Virus record (IMG/VR): IMGVR_UViG_3300023184_000024
Coordinates: 124,001 to 188,000 of that record
Direction: 5' to 3' (one strand)
Length of the DNA stretch: 64,000 nt
This document shows, piece by piece, positions 34,315-44,693 of this stretch. How positions within the stretch are numbered: position 1 is the stretch's first letter; every line of letters begins with the position of its first letter. The notes beneath the pieces are model-generated. The model made no database searches. It was not told the origin of the DNA and was given only the letters and a program-made list of their open reading frames with translations. The translations under genes were made by a program, and so were the position numbers.

Positions 34315-34412
34315 TTGTAGATAAATGGGTCTCGTTTGCGTAGTTCTTTGATTTTTCGACGATATTTAATTTCTAAAACTATTCTATTGTAAATTCTTAA
34401 AATCCATTTCAT
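34311..34412 (-). CDS. 33-aa peptide MKWILRIYNRIVLEIKYRRKIKELRKRDPFIYK
   Basis: ATGA-coupled on both sides; below the ORF track cutoff. Confidence 0.7.
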   Translation of the reverse strand: MKWILRIYNRIVLEIKYRRKIKELRKRDPFIYK

Positions 34413-35497
34413 GTTGCATTCCTTGATTGGTAGTCATAGCCTGGCCGCATTTGATCAATTTGTTGTTGTTCGTAATCAGCATCACTCCAACAGTAGTTGT
34501 AAACTGCCTTGGTATCTTTTATTTCTACAGAGTATATATCTAAATGAGTACCGAGTATGTTCCAAATATCTTGATAATTTTCGGTGCCAAAGCTCTGTTT
34601 AAGATTTACTTGTCCCACTGGCAAATGCCCTAGGCTCAATTTGGGATCTTGAGGGTCTAACCCATTATTGCTCAACCATTCCCGAAATGAACCAATTGTT
34701 TTGTCGTGCCAAGGATGCTTGCCGCCCAGAGTAATATCATTGCCCCACTCTATATCAAACTCGCCCGAGTAATATTCTAAATGCGTGATAGCTTCGCACA
34801 CTGTGGCTGTAAGTTCTGGAGCGCCTTCGTCTCTAAACACCTCCATCAGAGTTTTACCAATCTGTGCCCAGTGCATGTACACGCCGCCAAACACACGATC
34901 ATATCCGTTGGAGACAAAGCCTTGGCGATGTTCATCTTCTAGCTTGTATCGAGGAGCATTAATCCAAGTAGTAATCTGACTTGGACGCAACCAGTATGGA
35001 TTTGTTTCTGCTTTGCGTAAACCCAATATTAGATTTTCTGCTTCGTGACAAATTAAATTTAACTGTCGTATAGCATACTTGGTTGCATAGTCAGCTCGTT
35101 GATAATACACACTTAGATTTCCTACTGTGCCTTGCAGTACCTCAAAATGGTTGTGTAGTTTATTAAACAACTCGTGATTTACCCCATTGGGACTATGGTC
35201 TGTGGCAAGCACATTGGTTGTTGTAAATACTTCATCAATTTGATATCCCGATAGGTTGGTATTAATTGTGCTGATATGACGGTTAAGCTCGTTACACAAA
35301 TATTCAATGTCACGGGCAGTCTTAGGAAATCCCATAAAACAAAAGTTTTTTTCTAATAAGTTTCCTGAATTCAATAACTTCTTGAGTGCAACTACCCAGT
35401 CAACTGCCAATTGATGATCCTGCACATCAATGACATAATCTACTGTGTCATTTTTATGCAAAGGGTTGCGTAAAATAATTTTAACCTGGGATTTCAT
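34409..35497 (-). CDS. hypothetical protein
   Basis: 362-aa ORF in operon; some resemblance to 4618..5424 (KLH..FE, LN..CH..E). Confidence 0.75.
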   Translation of the reverse strand: MKSQVKIILRNPLHKNDTVDYVIDVQDHQLAVDWVVALKKLLNSGNLLEKNFCFMGFPKTARDIEYLCNELNRHISTINTNLSGYQIDEVFTTTNVLATDHSPNGVNHELFNKLHNHFEVLQGTVGNLSVYYQRADYATKYAIRQLNLICHEAENLILGLRKAETNPYWLRPSQITTWINAPRYKLEDEHRQGFVSNGYDRVFGGVYMHWAQIGKTLMEVFRDEGAPELTATVCEAITHLEYYSGEFDIEWGNDITLGGKHPWHDKTIGSFREWLSNNGLDPQDPKLSLGHLPVGQVNLKQSFGTENYQDIWNILGTHLDIYSVEIKDTKAVYNYCWSDADYEQQQIDQMRPGYDYQSRNAT

Positions 35498-36776
35498 TCC
35501 ACCACCTTGTTACTTCTTCACGGCCGGACAATATTTGTTGCATGCTGGTTGCACTTGTTCTTATGTTTTCTAATCTCAACACTCGCTGTTTTCCGCGAAC
35601 AAGTGCATCCTGATACCGGTCTGGCCATTGTTCTGCAAAGGTAGGACGATTTTTTAATTGTAGTAGAACATCACGCATGGCACCTGTAGAGCGTCCTGCT
35701 AATTCGTCAACCCAGGGATCTAATAACTCTCGAGGTAGAGCTAATGGGCTCATTACTACATCTGGAGTAAAACTAAAAATCACTTTGGCCAACAATTCTA
35801 CATTGTAGTCACGAGCCAACTCTTGAATAGCATCTACTTCAAACATGCCTGGCAATGTCAGTGTAAAGTCTAATCGCATTTGTCTACGATTCTTCTGGTA
35901 CTTTAATCCTTGCTCAAAGTTGTCACAGAACTGTTTGTAATCAAGTCCTGTTCGGATGTATTCTCCTGTGGTTCCTGTTCCGTCGAGGCTGGCGCAAATT
36001 TGCCAATCTCGAACATTAGATAAAATATCACGATATAGATTACTACCCCGAAAATCAACGCGACTAAGATTGGTGTTATACCTTGCATATACTTGTCCTC
36101 CATCCCCTAATTCAATTATACGTTTCATGTATCTCCAGTGTTGCTCGTACATCAAAGGCTCGCCGCCTACCCAATATACTTCTTCCACTCGATGTTGCTC
36201 TACAGCTAGAGCGAACTCTGCTTCAATTTGTTGGTCCTGAAATTGGCTTATTTCTGCTCGAACTTCAGGCCTCATCCATGTGTTTTTAGGGTTGCCCCAA
36301 TCAATCATGTCATGTTGTCGCTGTTCGCTTTCCCATGCACTACTTAACATATCGCCACATGTGCGACATTTAAAATTGCAAAGATTACTAAAACGATAAT
36401 CCCAACTCACCGGTTTCATTGTTGTGGTGCCATCTTCTGTGGTTGAATCGACTACCTCATCCCACTTGTGTTTAAACAAATGCCAGAAATATGTACGGTA
36501 AACATCAGTATTCAGCAACTTGTTGTTGCAGACGTCACACTCGGGCAATGTATCTCCGTTTAACATGCGTCGACGCACACTTCGCATATGGTCACTGTTC
36601 CAATGCTGATCTAGGGTGATGGGTATATACTTACCAGTGCCCGCTGTTGTGTCAATGTACTGTTGAAAATTCTGGGCGGGTTCTCTGCTGGCGCAACACA
36701 TCCTGCGCTCAGTTTGCGGGCTCAAGTATGTGTGCGTCCAAGGCGCCATGCAAAAATTATTCGGTGGCGAGATCAT
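35481..36776 (-). CDS. twitch-domain radical SAM protein
   Basis: FCMAPW..MCC, CNFKCRTC, GGEP, NTN, SLDG. Confidence 0.9.
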   Translation of the reverse strand: MISPPNNFCMAPWTHTYLSPQTERRMCCASREPAQNFQQYIDTTAGTGKYIPITLDQHWNSDHMRSVRRRMLNGDTLPECDVCNNKLLNTDVYRTYFWHLFKHKWDEVVDSTTEDGTTTMKPVSWDYRFSNLCNFKCRTCGDMLSSAWESEQRQHDMIDWGNPKNTWMRPEVRAEISQFQDQQIEAEFALAVEQHRVEEVYWVGGEPLMYEQHWRYMKRIIELGDGGQVYARYNTNLSRVDFRGSNLYRDILSNVRDWQICASLDGTGTTGEYIRTGLDYKQFCDNFEQGLKYQKNRRQMRLDFTLTLPGMFEVDAIQELARDYNVELLAKVIFSFTPDVVMSPLALPRELLDPWVDELAGRSTGAMRDVLLQLKNRPTFAEQWPDRYQDALVRGKQRVLRLENIRTSATSMQQILSGREEVTRWWNEIPG

Positions 36777-37980
36777 AGTCTAGCAGGGTTGCCAATTCGG
36801 GCGCCACAGTTTTTAAATTTTGAGATCTACGAACATCAAGATGTTTAATTTGGCTTTTGGTCATGAAGCCATCTGTGCTGGCTCCATTGTTCATGAAATC
36901 AATGATTCGATCAAATTCGGTTTGAAATTTTGCAGGAATTTCAGCGTTTTGTAAATGTTGAGTGATGACTTTCTTGGCAGTGTCGGGTAGATTGGCAATA
37001 CTAAAATACCAAGCATCGTGCATCATATTCCAATACACAAAATTAAACGGTTTATGTTCCAACCACTGTGCCACTTGATCAATGTAGCGTACATTAAACA
37101 CATTCACCGTGGTGCATACCTGCAGTTGTATCGTCATGGGCAGGTAACGTTTTAATTCAAAAAACTTTTTAATATTTTCTTGTACTTCTGTCCATACAGC
37201 ATTACTGCGTTGGTATTCAAATCTTTCCCCAATGTCGTCGATGCTGAATGCTATTTCTACTGTTTTAAAATGCTGCCAAATGTCTGGACCTCTTTCAGGG
37301 AATATTGTACCATTGGTGTTGTAGTGTATTTCTACATTGCCTGCAATGCCTCTTTCAACAATGCGTTCCAACATGTCAAAATGCTCTTGTATCATAAACG
37401 GTTCGCCGCCTGTGAATTCAATATACTGTATGTGGTCGAGTACTTGATCAATTTCTGACCAAAATGTTTGGTTTTTTCTGGGCCAGGCACCTTTTCTAAG
37501 CATGATATAATGTTCGCTGGATTTTTTATCTTCGTGTTCAGGAAGACTGTTGATTTCTTCTGAGGCAAACGTGCTTGAACTCCAGGAACCGCAAATGCGA
37601 CATTTTAGATTACAAATATTTCCCAGTTTGAGATCAAGAAATTGCAAAGGTTTTGATTCATCGGTCCATTCTTGATCAGGGATCACATGCTTTAATCGAT
37701 TGATAGTGTGCATTCGTTTACTAGTGCGACCGGCAGCTTCCTCTTTCCAGCACTTGCGACAAGTTTGCGGACGTTCGCCATCTAAGAACTGTTGTCTAAG
37801 TTTTTTCATAGACTGACTGTCTTGTATCTCTACAAAGCTTGCAGTGTTCAAATCAAACTTTTGTCCTTGATCATTGCGAATTTCGTCGTCGGCCAGGCAA
37901 CATGGTCTCACTGTGCCTATTGGACTAGTCTCTAAACTTATCCAGGGCAATACACAGAATTTATCGTGTGGGATATTCAT
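36757..37980 (-). CDS. twitch-domain radical SAM protein
   Basis: FCVLPW..PCC, CNLKCRIC, GGEP, NTNG. Confidence 0.9.
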   Translation of the reverse strand: MNIPHDKFCVLPWISLETSPIGTVRPCCLADDEIRNDQGQKFDLNTASFVEIQDSQSMKKLRQQFLDGERPQTCRKCWKEEAAGRTSKRMHTINRLKHVIPDQEWTDESKPLQFLDLKLGNICNLKCRICGSWSSSTFASEEINSLPEHEDKKSSEHYIMLRKGAWPRKNQTFWSEIDQVLDHIQYIEFTGGEPFMIQEHFDMLERIVERGIAGNVEIHYNTNGTIFPERGPDIWQHFKTVEIAFSIDDIGERFEYQRSNAVWTEVQENIKKFFELKRYLPMTIQLQVCTTVNVFNVRYIDQVAQWLEHKPFNFVYWNMMHDAWYFSIANLPDTAKKVITQHLQNAEIPAKFQTEFDRIIDFMNNGASTDGFMTKSQIKHLDVRRSQNLKTVAPELATLLDYDLATE

Positions 37981-39239
37981 AACAGTGCCTTTAACTCGGG
38001 TATTACATTACTCCAAGACTCATTTCTAATGCTATCTAACTCATGCGTTTTGCGCCAGAACGTGTCGATTAAATGAGTGTTGTCTGTGGTGTTCATGAAA
38101 GTAATAGCACTTTCAAATCCTGTGGTAGCACGGTGCAACGGATCTTGATCACGCAACCATTCCAAATGTTGCTCATATTTTTCTTGTATACGAGCTTTGT
38201 ATTCTGCTGGTGCAATGTCTATTCTATAGTGTGCAGGATCTTGCAAGATGTTTACATTTAAATCCTGTGCTCGAATAAGACCTTGATCAACCCAGGCACG
38301 ATGGAAGTCGGGCAAATGCAACGCATTCATTATGCTTAATGTAGGACTGATATAAAAGTCCACGTTGGGGCAAATGGCCATCATATCTCGACGATTTTGT
38401 TGTACCACAGCCCAGTCTGTACCTTTGCGTATGTACTCTCCACGAACACCCATATCATCTAAACTGGCGCCAACTGCAACAGACTGGAACTGTTTCCAAT
38501 ACTCAAATACACTACGTCCTTTTAAGTCTGTGTGAGTGAAGTTTGTGTTGTATATTAAGCGCACATCAAATCGTCGGCGGCGAACCAATTCATCTAGGAT
38601 ACGATAATGCTCTTCCATTAACAATGGCTCACCACCGGCAAAATAGATTTGTTCTACGTAGTCTAAATGCGGTTCTAGTTGTTGCCACATGTCCGTTTCT
38701 GTGCGGCCGGCATAGTTTAGCACAGTGTTGCGTTCTTTCCAATCGCCACCGGCCAGCTTGGCTTGGTCCTGGTACCATTGACTGCTAAAGATATGACCAC
38801 AGCTACGGCATTTTAAATTACACAAATTGCTGAAACGAATATCCCAATAAGTCATTTCAAAAGGATTGGTCTCTAGCTTTTTAATATGATGTCCGTGGTG
38901 CTTGTTGGCACTACGTCGACCACTAAAGAATCCCGACTCTTCTTGTTCATAACAACGTGTGCAGGCTGCATTGGGTGTTTCACTCAGCATGTCTGTGCGT
39001 AGTCGTTGCATGGGTTTGTCACGCCAGATTTCTTCAAGTGTGTTTGTTCTACAATTGCCCACTACACCGGGTTTCATTTCGGCATGGCAGCAAGGGTATG
39101 CCTCGCCCGTGGGGTAAGCATGTAAATGAATCCAGGGATAGATACAAAATGTTTTTGAGTCTTGTAACAAGAACTGTTCACGCTGTGTTAGTTCTACTGG
39201 TTTCACTAAGTCAGTTGAATTATAGTTATAATCTGCCAT
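37977..39239 (-). CDS. twitch-domain radical SAM protein
   Basis: FCIYPW..PCC, CNLKCRSC, GGEP. Confidence 0.9.
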   Translation of the reverse strand: MADYNYNSTDLVKPVELTQREQFLLQDSKTFCIYPWIHLHAYPTGEAYPCCHAEMKPGVVGNCRTNTLEEIWRDKPMQRLRTDMLSETPNAACTRCYEQEESGFFSGRRSANKHHGHHIKKLETNPFEMTYWDIRFSNLCNLKCRSCGHIFSSQWYQDQAKLAGGDWKERNTVLNYAGRTETDMWQQLEPHLDYVEQIYFAGGEPLLMEEHYRILDELVRRRRFDVRLIYNTNFTHTDLKGRSVFEYWKQFQSVAVGASLDDMGVRGEYIRKGTDWAVVQQNRRDMMAICPNVDFYISPTLSIMNALHLPDFHRAWVDQGLIRAQDLNVNILQDPAHYRIDIAPAEYKARIQEKYEQHLEWLRDQDPLHRATTGFESAITFMNTTDNTHLIDTFWRKTHELDSIRNESWSNVIPELKALL

Positions 39240-40548
39240 ACCACTCTTTTAAATTAGGGAACGTTTCATTAAAATTTTTATATCGTCGAGCATCGTACTG
39301 CAAATGGAACTCTTTAAAATCATGCAACAATGTTGGCATGTCAAATGTTTCACTGTGCGGAGTTTTTACAACGTCCAAGTAATCAATTAATCTTTGTGTG
39401 TGATTTATTTCGTGCTCGTGCAAGTAACTGTGGTCTTTGTGTCGCATTAACCACTCAGTCAGATTCTGTTTGTAATGTTCTCGCAAATCCTCACTCAGTA
39501 CTAAAGCACTCTGAAAGCTGGGAAAACGCAAGATGTTTAATGTAAAATTAAGGTACTCACGACCGTATTGTTTTTTCCAAGCAACTAATTGATCTAAATG
39601 GTCAGACAAGCTGTCCAAGCACAAGGCATTAATGGTGCACATACAATGAACTACTATACCTGCATCCAATAGTTTTAACACATTGTTGCACCAAGCACGG
39701 TAATCCAACCCGTCACGGATGTATTCGGCTTGGCTTCCTGTGGCTTCCATGGAAGTGTAGATTTCAACTTGTAAGCCCTTGGTGCTGGCCAACAGTCGAT
39801 CTACATCTACGTCTGCTCCTAGATTTGAATTAATAGCCAGGCGTGTATTAGTTCGCCCAGGGTTGTTTTTAAACCAATCAATCAGTTTCCAGGTGTAGCC
39901 ACTCATTAGCGGCTCTCCGCCGGTGATTCTTAGTTCTTGTAGTGTTCTGTGGAGGTCTGATTCCCACCATTCAAAGAACGCTTCCACGTACGGATTAGTT
40001 TCACCGAATTTATACAATTGAGCACTATTATGCTCGTGAGTAAAATGGTTACGACCGTCTGACTCCAGTTTAAGGTAAGGTCCGTTCTTTTTAATGTCGT
40101 TGACCCATGTACTACTAAAAGCAGGATTGCAATAACTGCAAGCAAACTGGCAAGTTCTATCAAACGCAATTTCCAAGGTGCGGAGATCAACGTCTTGGTC
40201 AACAGGAGTGTTATATGCTTCATTCAAGGCCTTTATAGGATAAATTTTACTTTTGTACACACGGTCACTGACAGCATTGGTGTCCATGTCTTCAATTTTC
40301 CAGCAGTATTCGCAACCAGGTGGACGTTCGCCAGCTAGCATCTGGCGCCGGTCTTCTTTCTTTTGTGCTGTATTATGTATTGCTTTGGGATTGGTTTTGA
40401 ACTCAGCACCAATGGTGTGTGCAGGAGGATGATGGCAACTGGTTGTTTGTCCTGAACCTAACCATATAGTAGCATTATACCATTTGGCCGCACAAAAGCT
40501 TGAACTTTTAGTGTCTAATATTTGCGTTTTAAAGTCGCGATCGTTCAC
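39226..40548 (-). CDS. twitch-domain radical SAM protein
   Basis: FCAAKW..SCHHP, CEYCW, CQFACSYC, GGEP. Confidence 0.9.
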   Translation of the reverse strand: MNDRDFKTQILDTKSSSFCAAKWYNATIWLGSGQTTSCHHPPAHTIGAEFKTNPKAIHNTAQKKEDRRQMLAGERPPGCEYCWKIEDMDTNAVSDRVYKSKIYPIKALNEAYNTPVDQDVDLRTLEIAFDRTCQFACSYCNPAFSSTWVNDIKKNGPYLKLESDGRNHFTHEHNSAQLYKFGETNPYVEAFFEWWESDLHRTLQELRITGGEPLMSGYTWKLIDWFKNNPGRTNTRLAINSNLGADVDVDRLLASTKGLQVEIYTSMEATGSQAEYIRDGLDYRAWCNNVLKLLDAGIVVHCMCTINALCLDSLSDHLDQLVAWKKQYGREYLNFTLNILRFPSFQSALVLSEDLREHYKQNLTEWLMRHKDHSYLHEHEINHTQRLIDYLDVVKTPHSETFDMPTLLHDFKEFHLQYDARRYKNFNETFPNLKEWYGRL

Positions 40549-41687
40549 TGTGTATTTTCTCTGATGAAATTTAAAAATCGGTTTGGAAAGTTGTCAACCA
40601 AATCTCTGCGATATTCTGCTAGTCGTTGTTGATTATATTTACAAATATCTTGCGAGGCTGCTAGGAAATCAACTAAATCTCCGCGACATAAATCTTCAAC
40701 CACTTCGGCAATTCTTTCGATGCGATCTAAATCATGTTCTATACTGTCAAAACTTTCATCAATTAAATTGCCAAAAGTTTTAAATCCAATTCTATGCATG
40801 TCTCGATAAAACCCTGCATTGGCCACAGCAATCCAGGGATGGGCCATGGCAATAGGTTTCCATATCTTCTCGGTGCGGAAGCTGTAGGGATTATGAAAAA
40901 TAGTTTCAGTTACTAGGCTAAAGTATGTGTCAATGTACGGCTCGGCCTTGAGGTATGCTTCGCCCCATTCGTTGTTGAACAAGCTGTGTTTGACCAAACT
41001 TGTATTGGTGGTATCTAAATTATCAAGCTGATCGCTGTATCTATCAACTTCGTAGTGTTTGGGCAATAGGCGCAGTGGTGATTCTTTAGCCATTAAGTTT
41101 TCCCCGTTGTGCCATAATGGTAGACGAGTTGCACCTGCTGTGCCCAATGTACTAAGACAAGTATACAGACTGTGTTCTAGTAGTCCAGTTGTTCTAAATT
41201 TTTCCAACAACCATTTACGATGCTGACGATGCCGTCCATTTAAAAATAAAAACTTATAGGGCTTATGTGTTTTTTTGTAGATGTCAGTCCATCTCTGAGC
41301 AACAACATCATTGTCATCAAGTTTGAGCAAATTATCAACAAATCCATCGTAGTTGTAATAACAGAATTCTGGGCTCATGTCGCCGCCGGCCAGCAACATT
41401 ATTTTTCTTTCACGTGCCAACTCTGTTATATTATATCGACGCAACTGCCCTATCATTGTGTCGGCACCTTCCCAGGGATTGCTAAAAATAATGTTGGCTT
41501 GGCCAGATTGTGCAACTTCTTCTATTAGTTTGTGGTAATGCTCAAATTGCCAAGGCCCCAACAGATATGTAGCGCCAGGCTCGATATTAATCTTATCAAA
41601 GAACTGGAACTCGCCGTCTAATGCCGAGCCGATAATATCGTAAATTCCGCAGTGGTATCCACTGTACAACTTAACGTTTTTTTGCAT
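40545..41687 (-). CDS. glycosyltransferase-like protein (GT10-like TEK motif)
   Basis: FLFLNGR.R.HR, SLVTET, TEKIWKP, GFKTF..LIDESFD. Confidence 0.55.
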   Translation of the reverse strand: MQKNVKLYSGYHCGIYDIIGSALDGEFQFFDKINIEPGATYLLGPWQFEHYHKLIEEVAQSGQANIIFSNPWEGADTMIGQLRRYNITELARERKIMLLAGGDMSPEFCYYNYDGFVDNLLKLDDNDVVAQRWTDIYKKTHKPYKFLFLNGRHRQHRKWLLEKFRTTGLLEHSLYTCLSTLGTAGATRLPLWHNGENLMAKESPLRLLPKHYEVDRYSDQLDNLDTTNTSLVKHSLFNNEWGEAYLKAEPYIDTYFSLVTETIFHNPYSFRTEKIWKPIAMAHPWIAVANAGFYRDMHRIGFKTFGNLIDESFDSIEHDLDRIERIAEVVEDLCRGDLVDFLAASQDICKYNQQRLAEYRRDLVDNFPNRFLNFIRENTQ

Positions 41688-43620
41688 GGTACTCGCACTC
41701 AGCCCACCAAGACTGCATTTCAGGAAATGCTGTTAAGAAACTAGTCCCTCGTCGACGGTCGTGCTCTGAGAAGAATTGATAAAAGTCTCCTTTGGCTGTG
41801 CTATGATCATCCAATTGCTTTTGCCGCATCCACGAGATGTCTCTTTCTAGTCGTTGCACTTCGTAGTCCTTGAATCCTTGAAATGGCGATAGATTGGATT
41901 CTAGATTGTTGGACATAAAAGTCTTGGAAGATTCTAACACACAGGCATAGCTTTCGGGAAGTATTTGTAAGCTTTGCCAACTGGGTTGTCGTAGTACCGG
42001 TGTATCAAACCACACACGCTGATATGTCTTACTGTGTTTTTTTCTTAGTTCTAAAATTCCGTTAAGCAGTTTCTGGAAACTAGTAACCGATAAATTATTC
42101 ATGGTCACAATGAAAGTCAAACTATTATAACTAGGAACTTGTGTTAGATATTGATCGACCCTGCTCCAAACAAGATCAAAATCCATGCCGTGTCTAATGT
42201 ATTCGGCTTGACTTCCCCAGGCATCCAAACTTACATACTGCATGAAATGTTCAATCTGCCCATTGCAAATTTTCTTAACATAATCTAGGTATCGATCAAA
42301 TAGCCGTTGTTCCACTGAAAAATTAGAAGTCACATTGAGGTGTAATTTAGGATTGGGATTCTCTAACACGTAATCAAACACCTTGTAGGTATTCTTATCC
42401 ATTAGGGGTTCTCCACCAGTCATGCGAAAGTGTTCAAGCTCAGGATATAACTCGGGCCACCATTTCCAGAACGCATCAACATAGGGGTTGTCTTCGCGTA
42501 CCGGTATTGGTTTGTTATGTCCAACAAAATGCTCAGGTGCATTGTGTGGAGTTGACGTCGGATATGCACCGAATCGATCTATTTCGTCTTGCCAACTTGA
42601 GCTAAACTGAGGGCTACAATAACTACATTTAAGATTGCAGGCATGATTAAAATTAACTTCAACATAGCTGGGATTGATATTATCAGTCCACTCTGCACTA
42701 ACAATTTTACCAAAGTCTTTGGCTGCCCAAGGTTCTCCACTACGATAAAATCTATCGCTGAGATTGCCAAGGTCCTCCATGTTCCAGCAATAGCTACACT
42801 CACTGGGACGTTTGCCGTTGAGCATGAGCCTTCGCTGTTCTTTTTTGTGCGTTGTATTGTGCAGGGCACTGGGGCTACGAGTTATATCCTCAATGGGAAT
42901 ACGGTGTAACGGTGGGTGGTAACAACTGTTGTTTAATCCGGTGGGCAGGTGCAGGCTGACCTGTTTCCATTTGGCCAAACACAGGCTGGGACTATACTCA
43001 TCCAATCTCATGCGCATTTTTTCTGCATCATCTAGAAACTTTGATTTGAATCCATCTTCGACTTTTTCTGTTGGCAATTCTGCTAGGCTTTTTGCTTTTA
43101 ATCGATTGAGGTATGTGAGTGTGCGATCAAATATATCACTGCTGGATAATTCTAATTCTTGTTTCATCATTTGCGCAAACTCACCGAGATCTGTGTCAAT
43201 GTCAATTACCAAATCTGCACCTGTGGTATCCAGAGGATATTGTGCATAATAATTTAAATGATAGGAAATGGTGCTTTGAGCATTTTCCATCGGGTCGTCT
43301 AACTGTCTTTTATTTGCTCGTTGTTGACCGGCCAGCACCCATTCGCGTCTAATGCACTTGTCAAGATTCCCATGTATGATTACCACTGGCCGGTCCGGCC
43401 AATGTTGCTTGAGCAATGGTACATTCACACAGTGGGTTAGTATTATTGGTTCTGATTCAAGCCCAATTGTGTCATTGGATAGATATCGAAATTTTGTTTG
43501 ATCGCCTTTATTTTCATAGAATTGTTGATCATAAACAAAATTAGATTTAAAGTCTCGCTGACCTTGTGAATACAAGTAGTAACGGTTGCCTCCTGCACCT
43601 GGATAGTAGCCAATAATCAT
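41671..43620 (-). CDS. twitch-domain radical SAM protein with extra N-terminal domain
   Basis: N-terminal YPGAGGN domain; LCLAKW..SCYHP, CNLKCSYC, GGEP. Confidence 0.88.
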   Translation of the reverse strand: MIIGYYPGAGGNRYYLYSQGQRDFKSNFVYDQQFYENKGDQTKFRYLSNDTIGLESEPIILTHCVNVPLLKQHWPDRPVVIIHGNLDKCIRREWVLAGQQRANKRQLDDPMENAQSTISYHLNYYAQYPLDTTGADLVIDIDTDLGEFAQMMKQELELSSSDIFDRTLTYLNRLKAKSLAELPTEKVEDGFKSKFLDDAEKMRMRLDEYSPSLCLAKWKQVSLHLPTGLNNSCYHPPLHRIPIEDITRSPSALHNTTHKKEQRRLMLNGKRPSECSYCWNMEDLGNLSDRFYRSGEPWAAKDFGKIVSAEWTDNINPSYVEVNFNHACNLKCSYCSPQFSSSWQDEIDRFGAYPTSTPHNAPEHFVGHNKPIPVREDNPYVDAFWKWWPELYPELEHFRMTGGEPLMDKNTYKVFDYVLENPNPKLHLNVTSNFSVEQRLFDRYLDYVKKICNGQIEHFMQYVSLDAWGSQAEYIRHGMDFDLVWSRVDQYLTQVPSYNSLTFIVTMNNLSVTSFQKLLNGILELRKKHSKTYQRVWFDTPVLRQPSWQSLQILPESYACVLESSKTFMSNNLESNLSPFQGFKDYEVQRLERDISWMRQKQLDDHSTAKGDFYQFFSEHDRRRGTSFLTAFPEMQSWWAECEYHAKKR

Positions 43621-44693
43621 AGTTCTAACAGTTGTAATAATCTATGTGAAAAAAATATGTTTTTGTTATTTTGATTTTTAATTTTAGAAACAAGTTCTTT
43701 ACATTGCAAATAATCAACATGCGTTTTTGACAGCACATCGTGATCAATGTATGTACCGTTGTTAATCTCCCACGAGTCCGGAGTTGGTGTTGGTGTTCTG
43801 CTCCAAGTTCCCCAGTCGTCTAGTTGATGTAGTACTCCTTTGAACCCATAGTCGCAACAAATGCGAACAAAATTTTCCATGTCTAAAAAGTTATTTTTTT
43901 GCACAGCAAAATTTAATGTTGTGATATGTTGCTTATTGATTGTTTTTACATAATCAAAGTTCTCTAAAAGTATTTTCCAACTTCCGCCTAATCTAACATT
44001 TTCATAGACCTCAGACGACCCTGCATCAACACTGATTCCTAAATCTACAATATTGTTTAAAATTGGACTGTCAGACAGTTGTTTTTTAATCAGTAGCCCG
44101 TTGGTAAGCAATTTAAAAATCTGTGTGCTTTTTGGTTTCCAAGACTTAATAAGAGGTCGGGTAATCTGACTGGCCAGCGGGTCGCCGTTGCCTGACATGG
44201 TAATTCTGATAGGTCTTTCAAAATTGTCAAGCCATTGGATGATGCGTTCAACGTCTTTCTTTTTACTTTCAACAACATCACCGTCTAAATGCATGATTGG
44301 GGCTCGTCGGCAACTGGGGCAATGTAAATTGCAACTATCATCAATGTTGATGCTTATGGTGTTTATCTGATTGATGATATTTTGTTTTTTAATTCCGCAA
44401 TGATCTACTGCGCACCAGGTAAACTTTTTATTTTCAACGTCATCTTGCAAAGTTTTTGCAATTGGACTATTCCATAGTTCGTCAAGACTATTAAAATCTT
44501 TTACTTTACCAACCGGGATTGGCAACCAACCGTCACAGGTGCATACAAAACAATCAGAATTGGAATCAACAATCAACGACATGTAAGGAACATTGCAACT
44601 ATTTGTAATAGTTTCTGTTGCGCCTTTGCCTCTAGGCATGGATTTAAGCTTGTGTGCCAGTCCCGGAGTTAGATCAAAATATGACATTACCAA
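43617..44693 (-). CDS. radical SAM protein with N-terminal Cys-rich domain
   Basis: CFVCTC.GWLP, CNLHCPSC, SVDA..VYENVR.GG. Confidence 0.85.
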   Translation of the reverse strand: MVMSYFDLTPGLAHKLKSMPRGKGATETITNSCNVPYMSLIVDSNSDCFVCTCDGWLPIPVGKVKDFNSLDELWNSPIAKTLQDDVENKKFTWCAVDHCGIKKQNIINQINTISINIDDSCNLHCPSCRRAPIMHLDGDVVESKKKDVERIIQWLDNFERPIRITMSGNGDPLASQITRPLIKSWKPKSTQIFKLLTNGLLIKKQLSDSPILNNIVDLGISVDAGSSEVYENVRLGGSWKILLENFDYVKTINKQHITTLNFAVQKNNFLDMENFVRICCDYGFKGVLHQLDDWGTWSRTPTPTPDSWEINNGTYIDHDVLSKTHVDYLQCKELVSKIKNQNNKNIFFSHRLLQLLEL

